In this document: one piece after another, positions 11,335 to 23,452 of the stretch
How the letters are laid out: every line of letters starts with the position of its first letter
How positions within the stretch are numbered: the first letter of the stretch is position 1
Assembly (NCBI GenBank): GCA_054600435.1
Contig: BAAIJX010000047.1
Coordinates: 124,001 to 167,969 of the forward strand
Origin: Neophaeotheca triangularis
Taxonomy: Eukaryota
Length of the DNA: 43,969 nucleotides
Direction of reading: 5' to 3'
The notes under the pieces: generated by a model
What the model was told of the DNA's origin: nothing
Seen by the model: only the letters and a program-made list of their open reading frames with translations
Databases searched by the model: none
Program-made: the position numbers and the translations under genes

Positions 11335-12522
11335 CGGTGTTATGTGTGGGGGGGCAGCGACGAAGAAGGACCAAGCTGGTGGTAGTCAACTACAGGTACC
11401 TAGTCAACTAGGTACCTTAAGTCACGGTGTGGGATGGAGATGATGATGTGGCAGACGCCCGTGCCGCGACTGAAATTGCGGCGTTGCTGACCATGAGACA
11501 GCACCTGGGGCGTGCGTGGGCGCGCACGTGAGTGTCAAGTGTGGATGCCTTCGGGCAGCAACACAACCTTGGAAGACCCTGGAGGTTCCAAAGGGCAATT
11601 CAACTCGGCGGAGTTGTACTCGACGCGTACGTGCCTCAGGTGGAGGCGAGTTGTTCTGCAAACAGGAGGTAGGTCCGACCGGCGAGATGGCAGCTCGTGC
11701 TCGGATCGAGTTCCACGTGAGTATCACATCTCGTCTCTGGCAACAGACATGGCAGCGTTTCTCAGATGGAACACGAGACTTCGAGCGTGGCTTGCCGAGG
11801 AGGAGGAGGAGGAGGCCTCGGGGAATGAGTGAAGAAAAAGAAGATGTCCAAAGGCAACAGGCAACTGCAGCCTGTCGTGGATACAGTAGGGGATACGGAG
11901 GTACACCAGTACTAACAGTTCCAGCTGTGTGGTCTGTGACAACTAGCAACGGCTTGCATTATTTCCTGCTGTGCATAGATGATATATACGTTCCTCCCAC
12001 GATGGTCAGGACGGCCCATGATTGGGCAGGGAAAGCTGGCGACGAGTAATGGGACGAATAGTGACAGCGATCAAGCTGCGGAAGACAGTAACAGAATAAC
12101 AAGAGGCCGCATGAGTCGAGGGCACAGTTTGAAGTAGCACCGTACTGTACCCTTTCATCAGATCGAGTCGTCGGCTTGAAACATGACCTATTTATTATTA
12201 TCACCTAGGTACTAGTATTATTATTGATGTGTTGGCGTTTTCAAAACTTGTAGCGGCCCGCGCTAGCTGATTCGGACTAGCGCTCGCTTATAGTTCCCGA
12301 TCCGGCGCAAGTGAAGTCTCGGTCGAATCAACATCACCTCCCGAGCTCGACGATTGATTTGCAAGGGATCACGGGATCACGGCTAATCACTACTAGTGTA
12401 TACTACTACTAAGTGATGTAGCGTAGCATACTGCATGGGCGCCCTCGTCGTCACCTCCCTCGGGGTCCGGGCACGGCTGCACCTGTACCAACTACCAACT
12501 GACAGTCGTTTCACGAATCACC

Positions 12523-12550
12523 GACGACTCGACGACTCGACGACTCGACG
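12523..12550 (+). repeat. Tandem 8-mer (GACGACTC) x3.5
   Basis: gacgactc gacgactc gacgactc gacg, in the region upstream of the KLAP1-like gene. Confidence 0.85.
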
Positions 12551-13132
12551 CTGTTCTGCTGCCTGCATCTGTGCTCCTTCTAGAAAACCGGGCGACGAAT
12601 GGCCCACCCGCGCAAGCACAGCTCAGCATTCCGGTCGTGCTGTCGCCGTATCGCTCATGGTGAAGCGGGCATCCCCCCTCGAGGCCACCTTGGGCGCCGC
12701 ATGCTGCTGCTAAGCTCCCTGTATGGTCTGCCCACGCCGTACATGCATGATGCCTCTCGTTGCAGGTTGTGCCCTGGCTGCCAGAGGATCATACCGTGCA
12801 TACACAGTAGTAGGTAGTTCCTTGAGCTGCCATGCGCACAGGTGCTAGACGTGGCATCCCATCCACGAGGCCTTGCTGTATTATTAGCTTACCATCCGTC
12901 CTTCTACTCTCGCCCTTGTTTACTCGCCTCGCTCTTCGTTCAACTCTCACTCTGTTTATCCGCAACACATCACACTAATTGATCAGCACATTGCCGACTT
13001 CGACTTCGAGGCGTATCTTTGAAAGCCACTGCATGATATTTTCCGAGGGTCATCGCCTAGCTGAAGATCGCCTCGCCTAAACGATTTACCACCTGCACAC
13101 CCTCTGCTCGCTAGATCTGACCCTTGTTGTTG

Positions 13133-15289
13133 ATGATGGCTACTAGCAATAGCTTTGGAGACTCACTGCTCGACACCCTCCTTCAAGAGAGGTCTGCCAT
13201 CTGGTCACAACAAAGCTGGTCGGAGGAGCGGAAGCAGCAGCAATGGGCCTCTCGAAAAGCAGCCCTTTGCCCCCAGTCGCTGCAAAGCCCTTTACCAGGG
13301 TTGGACCTACCAGGACTTGAACGACAGCCTCGCGCTTCTGGCCGTCAGTTGGTAAGTTGCATTCACCTCCAGGGCCAAAAGCAAGGCTGACTTTCAAAGG
13401 CTCAATCCAATTTCGACAACCAAGCTCTGAACCGAAGCGGCAAATCCAATATGGCTAGAAGTGCGACCTCGCATCCTGCCCGCTCGGTTCCGTCCATCGT
13501 CACTACAGACAAAGTGAAGCGGTCGTACCAGGACGAATCGACAGCACTCTCTAGCAGCTACACTTACGGCACTGGTCTCTCCCAATGTGCTCAAACCTCT
13601 TCTCCGCGGCAGCTGGAAGGTGTACAAGAATTCGATCCTGCCACATATCTTGCCCAGCTTTCGAGTGACTGCGACGACTCGCCCATTTCTGTCACCAAAC
13701 GGCAACGGGTCGACAGTTTTGGTGCAAGCCAGCCAACGCCTCACTCGTATCAGCACTACCCGTGTGTGCCCTCAGTGCCTTCGATGACGCCGAGCACCAG
13801 TATGTCATCGTCGAACCATCTGCCACCGAGCTCCTTCGTTGGAGCTGAGAACATGAGCCGACAGAGCAGCGGCATGAGCTCATCGTTTCCCCAAAGCTTT
13901 GACATGCTGCGGTTTGCATCCCAGTCCAGTGGTAGTGATGCGCCATTCGTGCTCGAAGACGATCTCAACATGCCCTACATCTCTTGTAACACAGAAAGGC
14001 GGGCGAAGAACGCTCCGACAAGCGCAGGCTTCACATCAAACAACAACGAGCAGTTGTTCAGCAACATTGGGTTTGTCGGTCAGGGCTTTCCTTCGTCCGA
14101 GAACTCTCCTATCTACCATTCAGACGTCAGAACAGGCGCGCAAGGATACGCCCCACAACCACCATTCTCCTACACTCTAAACCAGAAGCCCGACTTAACC
14201 CTCCGAAGTCAACCACTCGGCGCCGACGCAGGATCTCAGCAGATGAGCCGCGACAGCTCAATGCAGAGCAACAGCTCTTCAGCTTCTTCAAACTTCGACG
14301 CGACCAAAGCCTCCCAGCGCAGACTCAAGCACATCCAGAACAGCGCAAAACAGCATATTATTCCCCGCGCCGTCGCTACCACAGGCCCGACCTCTAGTCC
14401 ATCCTCAGACTCCAAGCCAGCAACCAAGCTCTCTTCCAACACCTCCAACGCCAAACTTGCCCTACCCAAGCAAACTTACCAACGCCCCTCCCACCCCAAA
14501 CTCCTCTGCAACCTCTGCAGCGATTACCCCAACGGCTTCCGCGGCGACCACGAACTAAACCGGCACTACGAAAGAGCCCACGCGCCTCGCCGCAAAGTCT
14601 GGATCTGCGTCGACCCATCCCAAAACCCCGACTTCGCCCGTAATCCCCTCCACGCCACGGCTGCCGACACCGAGAACCACCAGCCCGCCAAACCCCTCTC
14701 GATCTGCAAACAGTGCAAGCAGGGCAAACACTACAACGTCTACTACAACGCCGCGGCACACTTACGCCGAGCGCACTTCTGCCCCCGCAAGCGCGGCAGG
14801 CGTGCCAAAGGCGAAAGCCGCGAGAGCAGGGCCGGCAAAGCCGGCGGCGACTGGCCGCCGATCGAGTGGTTGAAGAGCCGCGGCTGGCTGCGAGAAATCG
14901 AAGTCACTTCCGAAGAAGCGGACAAGAATGAGAGGGAAGAGAGCGCTGAAGCCCTCTTCGACGACTTGCAGAACAGCATCCCGCCGCTCCCGAGAGAACT
15001 CGGTGGCCAGCAGCACATGGCTTTCCCCATGCAGCAGCAGCAGCAGTGGCACTTCGCTTCCAGCCCCGCTACTCCCGTCGACTGGCATTTCGACGACGAC
15101 TACTCTGCCATGTTCACGCCGCCCTTCCCGCAGCCGCTGAAGAACGGTCTCGCGGCCTCGATCGAAGCGCCAGAGATGATGCACTCGATGAGCGCGCCCG
15201 GGGCTTTCAACATGGGCTATGCCACCGACGAGGACCTGATGTTTGGGAATGGATACACCTCCATGGATCATTTCGGCAGCGACATGTGA
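13133..15289 (+). CDS. KLAP1-like (key lime pathogenicity) zinc-finger protein
   Basis: Exon 1 13133..13351, intron 13352..13399 (GTAAGT..CTGAC..AAG), exon 2 in frame with ORF 13451..15289. Family motif [25 protein letters not shown]...WICVDP...[25 protein letters not shown]...[11 protein letters not shown]. Confidence 0.82.
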
Positions 15290-16012
15290 ACAGGAAGAGC
15301 TCGGATTAACTCTGAGAAGGAGGCCGCGAGAAACACAGCGATGGAAGGATCGGACGGCAATGCCGGGCAAGGCAATGGTACCCCTTCATGCCTTGTAAAT
15401 TTCCTAGGACTTGTTTCGGTCTTGTAGAATAAGGGGGCAACACCCCTCTCGGATGTATGTTTGGGGAGCATGGAAACCAGCGTCGCTGGATCTGCGCTGT
15501 CATGAGTATATAAGCAGGACCTGTAAAATTATAATCTTGTAGCAATTCTGCTGTTTCGACTCATCGCAGCTTTCCCAGACTCCTCGTGGGTGACTATCAT
15601 GCTCCAGCGAGCAATGGCGGCAGAAGCTTGGTACCTAGTTTTGTGACGTCGAAAGCAAGTGGTTGTTCCTTCACCGGTGCGAGGGGTGTAAAGGATTTTG
15701 CCTTCCTCTTAGTTGTGTTCGACCGGTAGCGGAAGCCGACCAAATTTGCCTCAGCTGATGCAATGCAGACACCCAATGGCGTGAGCGATTGCCCATTAGC
15801 CATGCCGCCCGAGCGCTCTTCGGACCTAGTCGCCGGCCCTCCACATTAATGCCTCAGTCTTGAAGTCGCTAGCCTCGAAGGAACACTATCTTAACAGAGT
15901 CGTTCAAAAGGGTATCTAGTCATTACCATTCATTATCTATCCATCGTGACACAGCCCATCCCAACGTCAAGCCTACCCAAAGGCCAGCCAGCCACCCAAC
16001 CGAAATAACACG

Positions 16013-16039
16013 CACCACCACCACCACCACCACCACCAC
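16013..16039 (+). repeat. (CAC)9 microsatellite
   Basis: Perfect trinucleotide run just downstream of the C2H2 gene stop codon. Confidence 0.9.
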
Positions 16040-16058
16040 GGCAGCTCTCCCACCACCA

Positions 16059-17420
16059 TCAATCCTTCTCAACCAACCACACCCTCTCCCCACGCCTCCC
16101 AACAATGCCCTCCCTAACAAACCACTCCTCCAAACCCTCATCTCTCCTCCACTCCCCCACACCCGCAAGCCCCTGCCCCCCCTTCCCATCCCCCTCCACC
16201 ATATGCGCAGCCAAATGCTCCAACCTCCTCTCCCAACCCCCCAACCCCAGAAACCGCTCCTCACAAAACAAACACAAGCTCTCCGCCGGCAAATCCCTCT
16301 GCCAAACATAACAGCGCTCACACTCGCCAGCCAGGACCCCGCTCTCGCCACCTTCTCCCTCCCCGCTTTCCCCCTCGAGCCTCTCGCCGTGCATGCGCCG
16401 TATGTGTTGCACAAAGAGGTCTTTGCGGTTGAAGTCGTTGGTTTCGGGGTTTGTGGGGCGCGTTGAGCAGTGCCTGCAGCGGTAGAAACCGAGGCGGAGG
16501 TGTTGGGTGCTGATGTGGCGTTTCCATTCGTTTTTGGAGGTGAAGGTTGAGGGGCAGCCGTAGGGGGCGAAGGGGCAGGTGAAGGGGCGGTTGGGCCGGA
16601 GCTTGGTGGGTTGGGTGTTGAGGCGTTTGGGGTGGGGGCGTTTGGGTTTTTTGGGTGAGGGGGTGGGGGAGGTTAGGGGTTTAGGCTGCTTGGTTCGGCG
16701 TCGTTTGATGTTTGGTTGGGGTGTGTTATTGGTTGGGGGTTCTTCTGGAGCGCGCGGCTGGCAGTCTAGGTGGTATTGGGATGGTGCGTGGTCGTATGTT
16801 GTTTGTGTCTGCAGCGGGCGATAGCCCTCCTGTGGGCAGTTGCCAAAGCAATGTTGTTCGTCATCGTAGGCTTCTGGCTGATCGTCCTCGTACTGCTGAA
16901 CGTCTTGCATGGAAACGCAATGATAGCTCGCTGGGCCCGACTGCCCGCTGTAACCATCGAAGCCGTATAGAGGGATGTCTCTGGGGACCAGTCGCGGGGA
17001 ATACATGTTGTCGAGGTCGGACAATTTTGGGGAAGCGACCTGTCCATCACTCCAGCCGCTGCTCACTTGAGACGAGCCTGAGTTGCTGGGTGAGAGATAT
17101 CGATGGCCGTGAGCCGTGTATGTAACATCATGTCCCAAACGACGATGGTAGCTACCGGCAACTTCTGGCCAAGGAGGCATTGCGACATGTGATACCGAGT
17201 TCATCCAGTTTCCCAAGAGTTCGTCTCCGCCAGGTACAAGCTGGCTGACTATTGACACCGACGGCGTCCTCGACCAGATAGTTTGGTTATCTTGGGTGCA
17301 GTCGAGTAAGGAGTCATGCCTGGTGAGTGGTTGAATCATTGACTCTCGGTCAGTCCACGATCGGTACTGACATTCCTCACTTTCATCGTTGGCCTGGCAG
17401 GCTGAGTTGTCGCTGGCCAT
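16059..17420 (-). CDS. C2H2 zinc-finger transcription factor
   Basis: 453 aa ORF with basic NLS-like stretches, fingers RPFTCPFAPYGCPSTFTSKNEWKRHISTQH and CRHC...FNRKDLFVQHIRRMH, and a terminal CLFC...WERRLEHLAAH. Confidence 0.88.
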   Translation of the reverse strand: MASDNSACQANDESEECQYRSWTDRESMIQPLTRHDSLLDCTQDNQTIWSRTPSVSIVSQLVPGGDELLGNWMNSVSHVAMPPWPEVAGSYHRRLGHDVTYTAHGHRYLSPSNSGSSQVSSGWSDGQVASPKLSDLDNMYSPRLVPRDIPLYGFDGYSGQSGPASYHCVSMQDVQQYEDDQPEAYDDEQHCFGNCPQEGYRPLQTQTTYDHAPSQYHLDCQPRAPEEPPTNNTPQPNIKRRRTKQPKPLTSPTPSPKKPKRPHPKRLNTQPTKLRPNRPFTCPFAPYGCPSTFTSKNEWKRHISTQHLRLGFYRCRHCSTRPTNPETNDFNRKDLFVQHIRRMHGERLEGESGEGEGGESGVLAGECERCYVWQRDLPAESLCLFCEERFLGLGGWERRLEHLAAHMVEGDGKGGQGLAGVGEWRRDEGLEEWFVREGIVGRRGERVWLVEKD

Positions 17421-19283
17421 GTTTGAAGCTCAGAGCTGGTCACAGAGATGTCCGATCCAGGTCGAACTCCCGTCTGGGTTCGACGAGTATTTGTATTCCT
17501 GGCAGCACAAGGCTATGGAGAATTTTAGCGATAAGACAGTGGTCACAGCAGCGGAGGTGATGGTGGCAGCGAAGAGGCCGCCTTCGCAAAGGCAAGAGAG
17601 GAAATACGAGGGCACTATCTTGCCCACAGCCTCAGTAGTCTTGTATCAGAGTCGAAGAGGAAAGAGTATCAGTGATAAAAGGTAGCCGGGAATCGACTCA
17701 CCACCTACGTCTATTTACCTAGCACATCCCCTATATGTAGCACTCCTTCCGCAGAAAGTCGCCATACTAACGTTCGCAGAGCCTCAAAACTGGGAGACGC
17801 CAGACCCTGCATGAGGTGTCGAAACCGGTCAAATTTTGACCAACAGCCATCGCCCGGCTGCTTGTCAGCTGAGCGATGCATGATCGATTTTAGTGCAGAT
17901 GTTGGGACTCAGGCAGTCATCCGAAGCCATTGGCCGGCGCGAGGGATCCGAGTCACCTACCTTGCCTATCGAGGGCGCGTTCGGTGGCTCCTTCGGTAAC
18001 ACGCCACTGGGACGCGCGGGCGTTCTTTTTCCAGCTGAGTGTTGGTTTCCATCTGCCTTCCACGTGCGGAAGCTGTGACTTGCCCGTCTCCTGCAGGTCG
18101 TGCGTGCTGCACTGTCTGAATGTCAATGTCGCTCGGACACTCCGCGCGAGAATAGTTTCCGAACCCTCGTCCGCGGTTGTGAGGGGGGGGCCTTTGGGGA
18201 GGTGGAAGCGGATACTTGCAGGAACCACGTGGTGCTGCGAGGCGCTGGAGCGGGCACAGGCGCATGAGAGTCGATCCGCCATGGCGGATGCACCATCCAC
18301 CCACGGACTTGATCTCTCCGCCCTCGCCTCGCAAGGATCTAATACTCCACGCCCTGGATGCGTACCGAGGGCGGCGGCAAGCGGCCTCAGCCGCAAGGCG
18401 CAAGACACCCATGCCTGAGCCCAAAGCCCTTGAATCATGCCAAAAATCGACCTAACAGTCATGAGCTGTTCCGGGCGTAGACATCTAGGTGACATCCAGC
18501 CGGTTGTTGAAGATAAGGCAAAAAGTTGCCTTCAGCAATGCCCGAGGGCTGGAGATGCAAGCGAAAGCGGGTGGCTGCTTTGCTCAGTCCAGTTTAGGTA
18601 TGGACGAGCGAGCTGTACCATTGCAGCCCCGAAAATGCATAGATAAGACGCGGGTGGTCAGACTTGAACAATCGTTGTGTTAATATTGTATGCGGACGGG
18701 AGGTGTTGGAGCATGTTGAACCAAGCAGAGAAGGATGGTTGGAGAATTAAAGCTGCTCGTCAAGGTTTCCCTCCATTGATGTAGCGCTATGAAGCCGCCA
18801 AGCCTCCGCCCAATACCAGTGGGTACCCCTTTCATAGATACCTACCTAGGTAGTTACTAAGGTAGTCAGGCATCCCTAGGTACCGTGAACTTCGATTAAA
18901 GTCCCTAGCTTGACAGTGCCATTTTCAATCAGGCGTGCTAAACAGCAGCTCTATCAAGTGAGAGTTCTGATTGACGTTTTCGTAGATATAGTACATCAAT
19001 AGCTACGGTGCACGATACACTCAAGCGTCGATACGCGGTGTGTATGGATGCCTCGACTTATTCAATCTCCGGGCTGCTTTGGCCTGGGTATCCTTCCACG
19101 TAGCATCTCAGCCCCCGACTGGGGGTAATACCGCTCATGTCCTCAAGCGAGCGAGGCTGATACCTCCTTGGAATCGCATCAGCCGTCGTGTGCGACTCTG
19201 CCTCACGCGCAAAACTTTGCCTTCGCCGACATGAAGAGCCCACATCACCTTGCGACTACAGATCACAGCGGGTGTGTATCTCC

Positions 19284-21518
19284 TCAAACCCCCTCCCCAC
19301 CCTCCTCCTTCTTAACCCCCTCCCCCTCAAAAACTCCCGGCCTCAGCTTCCTCAAATGCTTCCCAGCAACCTCCCTAGCATCCTCATTCCCCCTCCACAT
19401 CGCCTCGAGCACATCCAGCGCCGCCTCCTTGACAGGCGGCCTAAACATCGCCAAATACACTAGCGCAGTGACAGCAATAGGAACTCTCTCCGGATCATCG
19501 GCGATTTTGTGAGCGCGGTCCAGCAAGCTCTGATCCAAAAAGGGCAACTCCGCGAGAAAGCGGGTGAGGTATTTGCCGTCCTTGACGTCGAAGTAGGGGA
19601 TCATAAAGTCCAGCAGGCGGGTCGCGTAGTGGTAGTAATCGGCCAGGAGGTGAGGTAGCGGGAGCGGCGGGATGGAGACCGCTGTGCGTTGTTTTTGCGC
19701 GAGGCGCGCGACGTACCATTCTTCGTTCAGCCAGTTGAGCGCGACGTCGAGCCGTCGGCGGAAGTCTTCCGTCACGTAGTTGTAGAGGGATTCGCGGATG
19801 GCGTTTGCGAGGTTGAAACTGCCGTCGGGCCGGATGACGACGCCGGTTTCGGGCGAAACGGAGGCTTTGATGTCGTTGTTGTCTTCTTGTGGCCCAGGCT
19901 CGGTGAGGGCGAAGGTGGAACGTGTTGCGATGCGGGTTAGGAGTGTGAGCCAGCTGTCGCGGTCGCGGGTTATGGTCGGGAGGGAGGCGAAACCTTGCGT
20001 GTCAGCTTCGTTGCCTGTGGTGATCTTTTTGGGTTTTGTCCGGGCTTCTTGGTCCAGGTCTTTGAGGGCATTGAAGATGCGGATTACCGCCGTTTGGCTA
20101 TATTCTGACTTCTCATAGTCGTCGAGGGCGTGGGATGGACCGAGTTGGAATGGCGCGATGATATCGTCTGGTTCCAAGTCGGGGCGAATGGCTTCGATTG
20201 CATCTTGTGTAGGGTCGTAATCCTCGTCGTCTTCTTGGCTCGCTGGAGCGGCTTCTGGGGCTTGTTTGCTCAAATTCAAGAAACGTGCCCTCACCGCGTT
20301 GACAGCATCGTCGAACTGCATCTGGTTTACTGCCGCCAGTAGTGGGGGAATGAGCTGCGCGACAATCTGTTGAGGTAGCCGCTCAACGTGAAAGTTTGTT
20401 GCGACTTGGTCTTGGGTCAATGTAAAGAGCTGTGCGAGCGAGACGGGTCCGGGTGGTAAAGGCGGGTACTGCGCTGGTTGTTGCTGAGGTGTGGTGCCCT
20501 TGGCGGCCTCTTCATCCACTCGTTGCCGCTTTGCATCGTCTAGACCGTCAATCGGCTCATCAGGCGCTGGTCGCTTAAGGTTATTCTGTCTCTCAGAGAA
20601 CGCCCGTACGAGACCGTGCTTCAAGCCCTCCACGTGCTGCTGTATCCGTCCCGCCAGGTTGTGCTGCTGATTACGCTTGAGCACGTTGAGAAGAAAAGTA
20701 ATGGTCGTTCTCGTCATACTCCTGATTGCAACCTTGACTGTTCCACTCAGACCGGAGCCCTCGGCCGGCTTCAGGGGGTTGAACGTGAAGACTGTCGACA
20801 GAATCTTGTTCGAAATGCTAGCACGCTTTTGTACCAGCACACCAAGAGCATTGAGCGTTGCTGTGATAATCAATGGATCCACCACGTTCTCCTGTAACAC
20901 ATACAACAGCCTGTCGAGCAGCCCTGACGCCTCTGCTTCAAGATTTGCAGGGGGGATCGTAGGATGATCTCGAGGAACGAGGGCAAGGCTGACTTCGTTT
21001 TGATCCGGCCTTCGTGGATCCGCAATCAGTCCAGGCGTCTGCACAAGCACGACTCCGGCCACAAACTTGATGCAGCATATCCTTACCCCCGCAGTGGCCG
21101 TATCTATGCGCTTCAATATCGAGCTCTTGATCCCCGCCATCTTGCTCCATGTCTCTTTGTCGGCAGCATTGGCAATGGTGTGCTTGAAAACGAGCGGATA
21201 GATGCTAGTGGAACACTGCACGGCACTCTTTACCACAGTTGCGTCTTCTTCCTCTCCTAGTTGCTCCTTCCGGTTCAAGTAACTTTGCAAGATATCCAGC
21301 ACACGGAAAGCCATCTTCTGCTTCTCCTCCGCACTCACAACCGGGCTCGCGAACATTTCGGCAAAGAAGTGGGCACCCCATCTTCGCAAGTCAAGATGCG
21401 CGCCCGAGCCTACTACAGCTAGCACAGCGGGCAGAACTTGGGGGTATATGGCTGGGTCGCGGAGCACAATGTCTCTGGCTTGGCTCAAGTGTGTGATGGA
21501 TGTCGCGTGGTCTCCCAT
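19284..21518 (-). CDS. PTA1: mRNA cleavage and polyadenylation factor subunit Pta1 (symplekin N-terminal domain)
   Basis: 744 aa intronless ORF with GVRICCIKF..VVLVQTPG, SLALVPRDHP, LEAEASGLLDRLL, DFRRRLDVALNWLNEEWY, LTRFLAELP and YLAMFRPPVKE. Confidence 0.93.
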   Translation of the reverse strand: MGDHATSITHLSQARDIVLRDPAIYPQVLPAVLAVVGSGAHLDLRRWGAHFFAEMFASPVVSAEEKQKMAFRVLDILQSYLNRKEQLGEEEDATVVKSAVQCSTSIYPLVFKHTIANAADKETWSKMAGIKSSILKRIDTATAGVRICCIKFVAGVVLVQTPGLIADPRRPDQNEVSLALVPRDHPTIPPANLEAEASGLLDRLLYVLQENVVDPLIITATLNALGVLVQKRASISNKILSTVFTFNPLKPAEGSGLSGTVKVAIRSMTRTTITFLLNVLKRNQQHNLAGRIQQHVEGLKHGLVRAFSERQNNLKRPAPDEPIDGLDDAKRQRVDEEAAKGTTPQQQPAQYPPLPPGPVSLAQLFTLTQDQVATNFHVERLPQQIVAQLIPPLLAAVNQMQFDDAVNAVRARFLNLSKQAPEAAPASQEDDEDYDPTQDAIEAIRPDLEPDDIIAPFQLGPSHALDDYEKSEYSQTAVIRIFNALKDLDQEARTKPKKITTGNEADTQGFASLPTITRDRDSWLTLLTRIATRSTFALTEPGPQEDNNDIKASVSPETGVVIRPDGSFNLANAIRESLYNYVTEDFRRRLDVALNWLNEEWYVARLAQKQRTAVSIPPLPLPHLLADYYHYATRLLDFMIPYFDVKDGKYLTRFLAELPFLDQSLLDRAHKIADDPERVPIAVTALVYLAMFRPPVKEAALDVLEAMWRGNEDAREVAGKHLRKLRPGVFEGEGVKKEEGGEGV

Positions 21519-21976
21519 ATTGGCGAATTCACCAGGAATGAGGCGACACGGACGGCAGCAAAGGAAAGATCAGAGAGAAGCTATCTAACGGGATTGCGCG
21601 TGCTTAATCTTCGCTTCTCGTAGCCTCCATTCATAGCCAGGTGAGTCAGGGTCGACGGGACGGATTAGTGAGAGGACAGAGAATGGTCCCTGGAGGCTGA
21701 TGTTGTTGGAAGGAGAGCGAGTACCCCGAGTGAGCGGAGAGGTGTTTGTAGTACGGAGGCAGTTGGTCGAAGTCAATAATTGAAGTTGTTTCCGTCGGAG
21801 CTGTACACTGGCAAGTCCAATGCGCGCGTCAGTCGGTCTTCGAACGTCGGTTCTTGGCGCGCAACCATCACTCGCGAGTGACGCTAACCACTTTGGGCGT
21901 CTATCAAGACATCCGACATGGCGCTTGAGACGATGCCATACATCACATCCTGACAGGTAGTTCACCAGCCGCCAAA

Positions 21977-22356
21977 ATGCCAATCGGAAGGTAGTGCTCA
22001 TTCCCATACTTGAGTCTCGAACAGTACCACTGACAAATGACAGAATACCCCAATCCTCCTACTACGACAAGAACAACCGCCCCTCTGCCGCCCTCTACCG
22101 AGCACGACAACCATACCTCGTCAAGAATGCCGTCACAGGTCTCTGTATTATAGGCTTTGTCGCGGGAGTCTGTACGTTGGAGAACGTGGCGTACCGAGGC
22201 CAGGGACAGGATACTAAAAGTAGCGCAGACACATGGACCCTCAAGGCCGTCGGCCAAGACGACTTCTCAGATATTCCTATGCCCGACGTCCCGGCGCAAC
22301 CGGCTCAAGCACCGCATGCCAGTGGTAATGTCAAGAGCGCAGGGAGTACGCAGTAA
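21977..22356 (+). CDS. COA3: Cytochrome c oxidase assembly factor 3 (Coa3/CCDC56-like)
   Basis: Exons 21977..21990, 22044..22171, 22229..22356 give MPIGRIPQSSYYDKNNRPSAALYRARQPYLVKNAVTGLCIIGFVAGVYTWTLKAVGQDDFSDIPMP..., with one TM segment and the QDDFSD motif. Divergent from PTA1 (about 460 bp). Confidence 0.85.
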
Positions 22357-22795
22357 GGATGGGGTCTGGGAGAGATGCAATTCATCAACGGCATTGGGAG
22401 GCGTTTGGGGACATTTGGGCGTTATGGGGATCATGGGGCTACACTCTCACCTCGGTGGAGTAGTCGGCGGGGCAATCATCGTGGTATGCACGCCCTTTGT
22501 ATACTGTGTATCATGCGAAAAGAGCGGCACAAATGGCATGTGGCGAGTGATGTCTTCAGATGTCTTGGTCACGTTTACCATGCAGAGCTTGATCGATTGG
22601 CCACCCTCGAACGACCAAAGCGAAAAGCAGCGGCAGTCGGGAATGAAGACCCGAGAAAGCAAAACGAAATGCCGGCTCCAACAGACAGCAAAAGAGCAAA
22701 AGAAACTTCCTGTTATGGTGGACAGGAGAAGAAACCATTTAACTTCATAGGCACCTTGTGGCTGGTTTGCTTTTTATTCAAACCGCTCCCAGCCC

Positions 22796-22916
22796 TGTCG
22801 GGTGGGGATTCGAACTAGCGACTTTCTTAAACTGAAGGCTCGCTACTAGTGGCCCTTGATCGATCCGCGGGGAAACTAATCCCAGTCAGAGACCTTGCCA
22901 TTAACCTAGGCAGCTA
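22796..22916 (-). pseudogene. Degenerate tRNA-like element (tRNA pseudogene or tRNA-derived SINE head) with Pol III A and B boxes
   Basis: Minus strand reads TAGGTTAATGGCAAGGTCTCTGACT (A-box/D-arm-like, from 22908) and AGTTCGAATCCCC (B box, 22816..22804), about 80 nt apart. The stems pair poorly, so it is not a functional cloverleaf. Confidence 0.5.
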
Positions 22917-23198
22917 TGTGTTCCGGGTCTTCCCCCCGAATCTACATGATCACATTTTCTTGCTGGCTTACTGAATAAGCAGGACGTGGAGCCTTATATC
23001 AGGTCAGTAAAGAATATTCAGGGGTCAGAGAAGCTGCGCACAGGCTGTGAGTACAGTAGGTAGGTAGTGAATCTCTAGGCACAGACTCTTCATCTTCTCT
23101 TCACTTCACATTCGATGACTCGATTATGATAGACAGATCTTCTTCACTTGCGTCTCAATTACTAAGTGTACTTAGCCCTAGTGGCAGTACCTGAGAGC

Positions 23199-23206
23199 TA
23201 TAAAAG
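23199..23206 (+). promoter_or_regulatory. TATA box (TATAAAAG) of the multi-intron transcript leading to CDS 24723
   Basis: ctataaaagcg followed ~25 nt later by a pyrimidine-rich tract and the first donor site at 23272. Confidence 0.6.
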
Positions 23207-23452
23207 CGAGGCAGTGAGCCTCCACCATCTCTCTCTCCTACTACAACATCCCGGAACGCCATTTTAACGAGGTCAGTGCGCACTCCCTCTGTCAGCTCCA
23301 AGTCCTGTCTGCTTTGTTTATAAGATGGTGCAGCTAGTCACTGACCTTTACAGCAAAAGGCTGGCAACACTCAAGCTCTTCAGCAACAACAGCAACAACA
23401 ACAACAACAGTAAATCTTGGCGACCTAGGCATTTTGGCCTCCTTCACAACCA

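Noticed and set aside
11422..12817. Several 70-177 aa ORFs upstream of the KLAP1-like gene
   Set aside because: Arg/Cys-rich random-looking translations on both strands, likely regulatory DNA.
17430..18683. ORFs upstream of the C2H2 gene, including a putative uORF at 17430..17627
   Set aside because: Mostly non-ATG starts, mutually overlapping and without domains.
22375..22818. 147-aa ORF downstream of COA3
   Set aside because: Lies in the 3' UTR and intergenic sequence, overlaps the tRNA-like element and has no coding signature.
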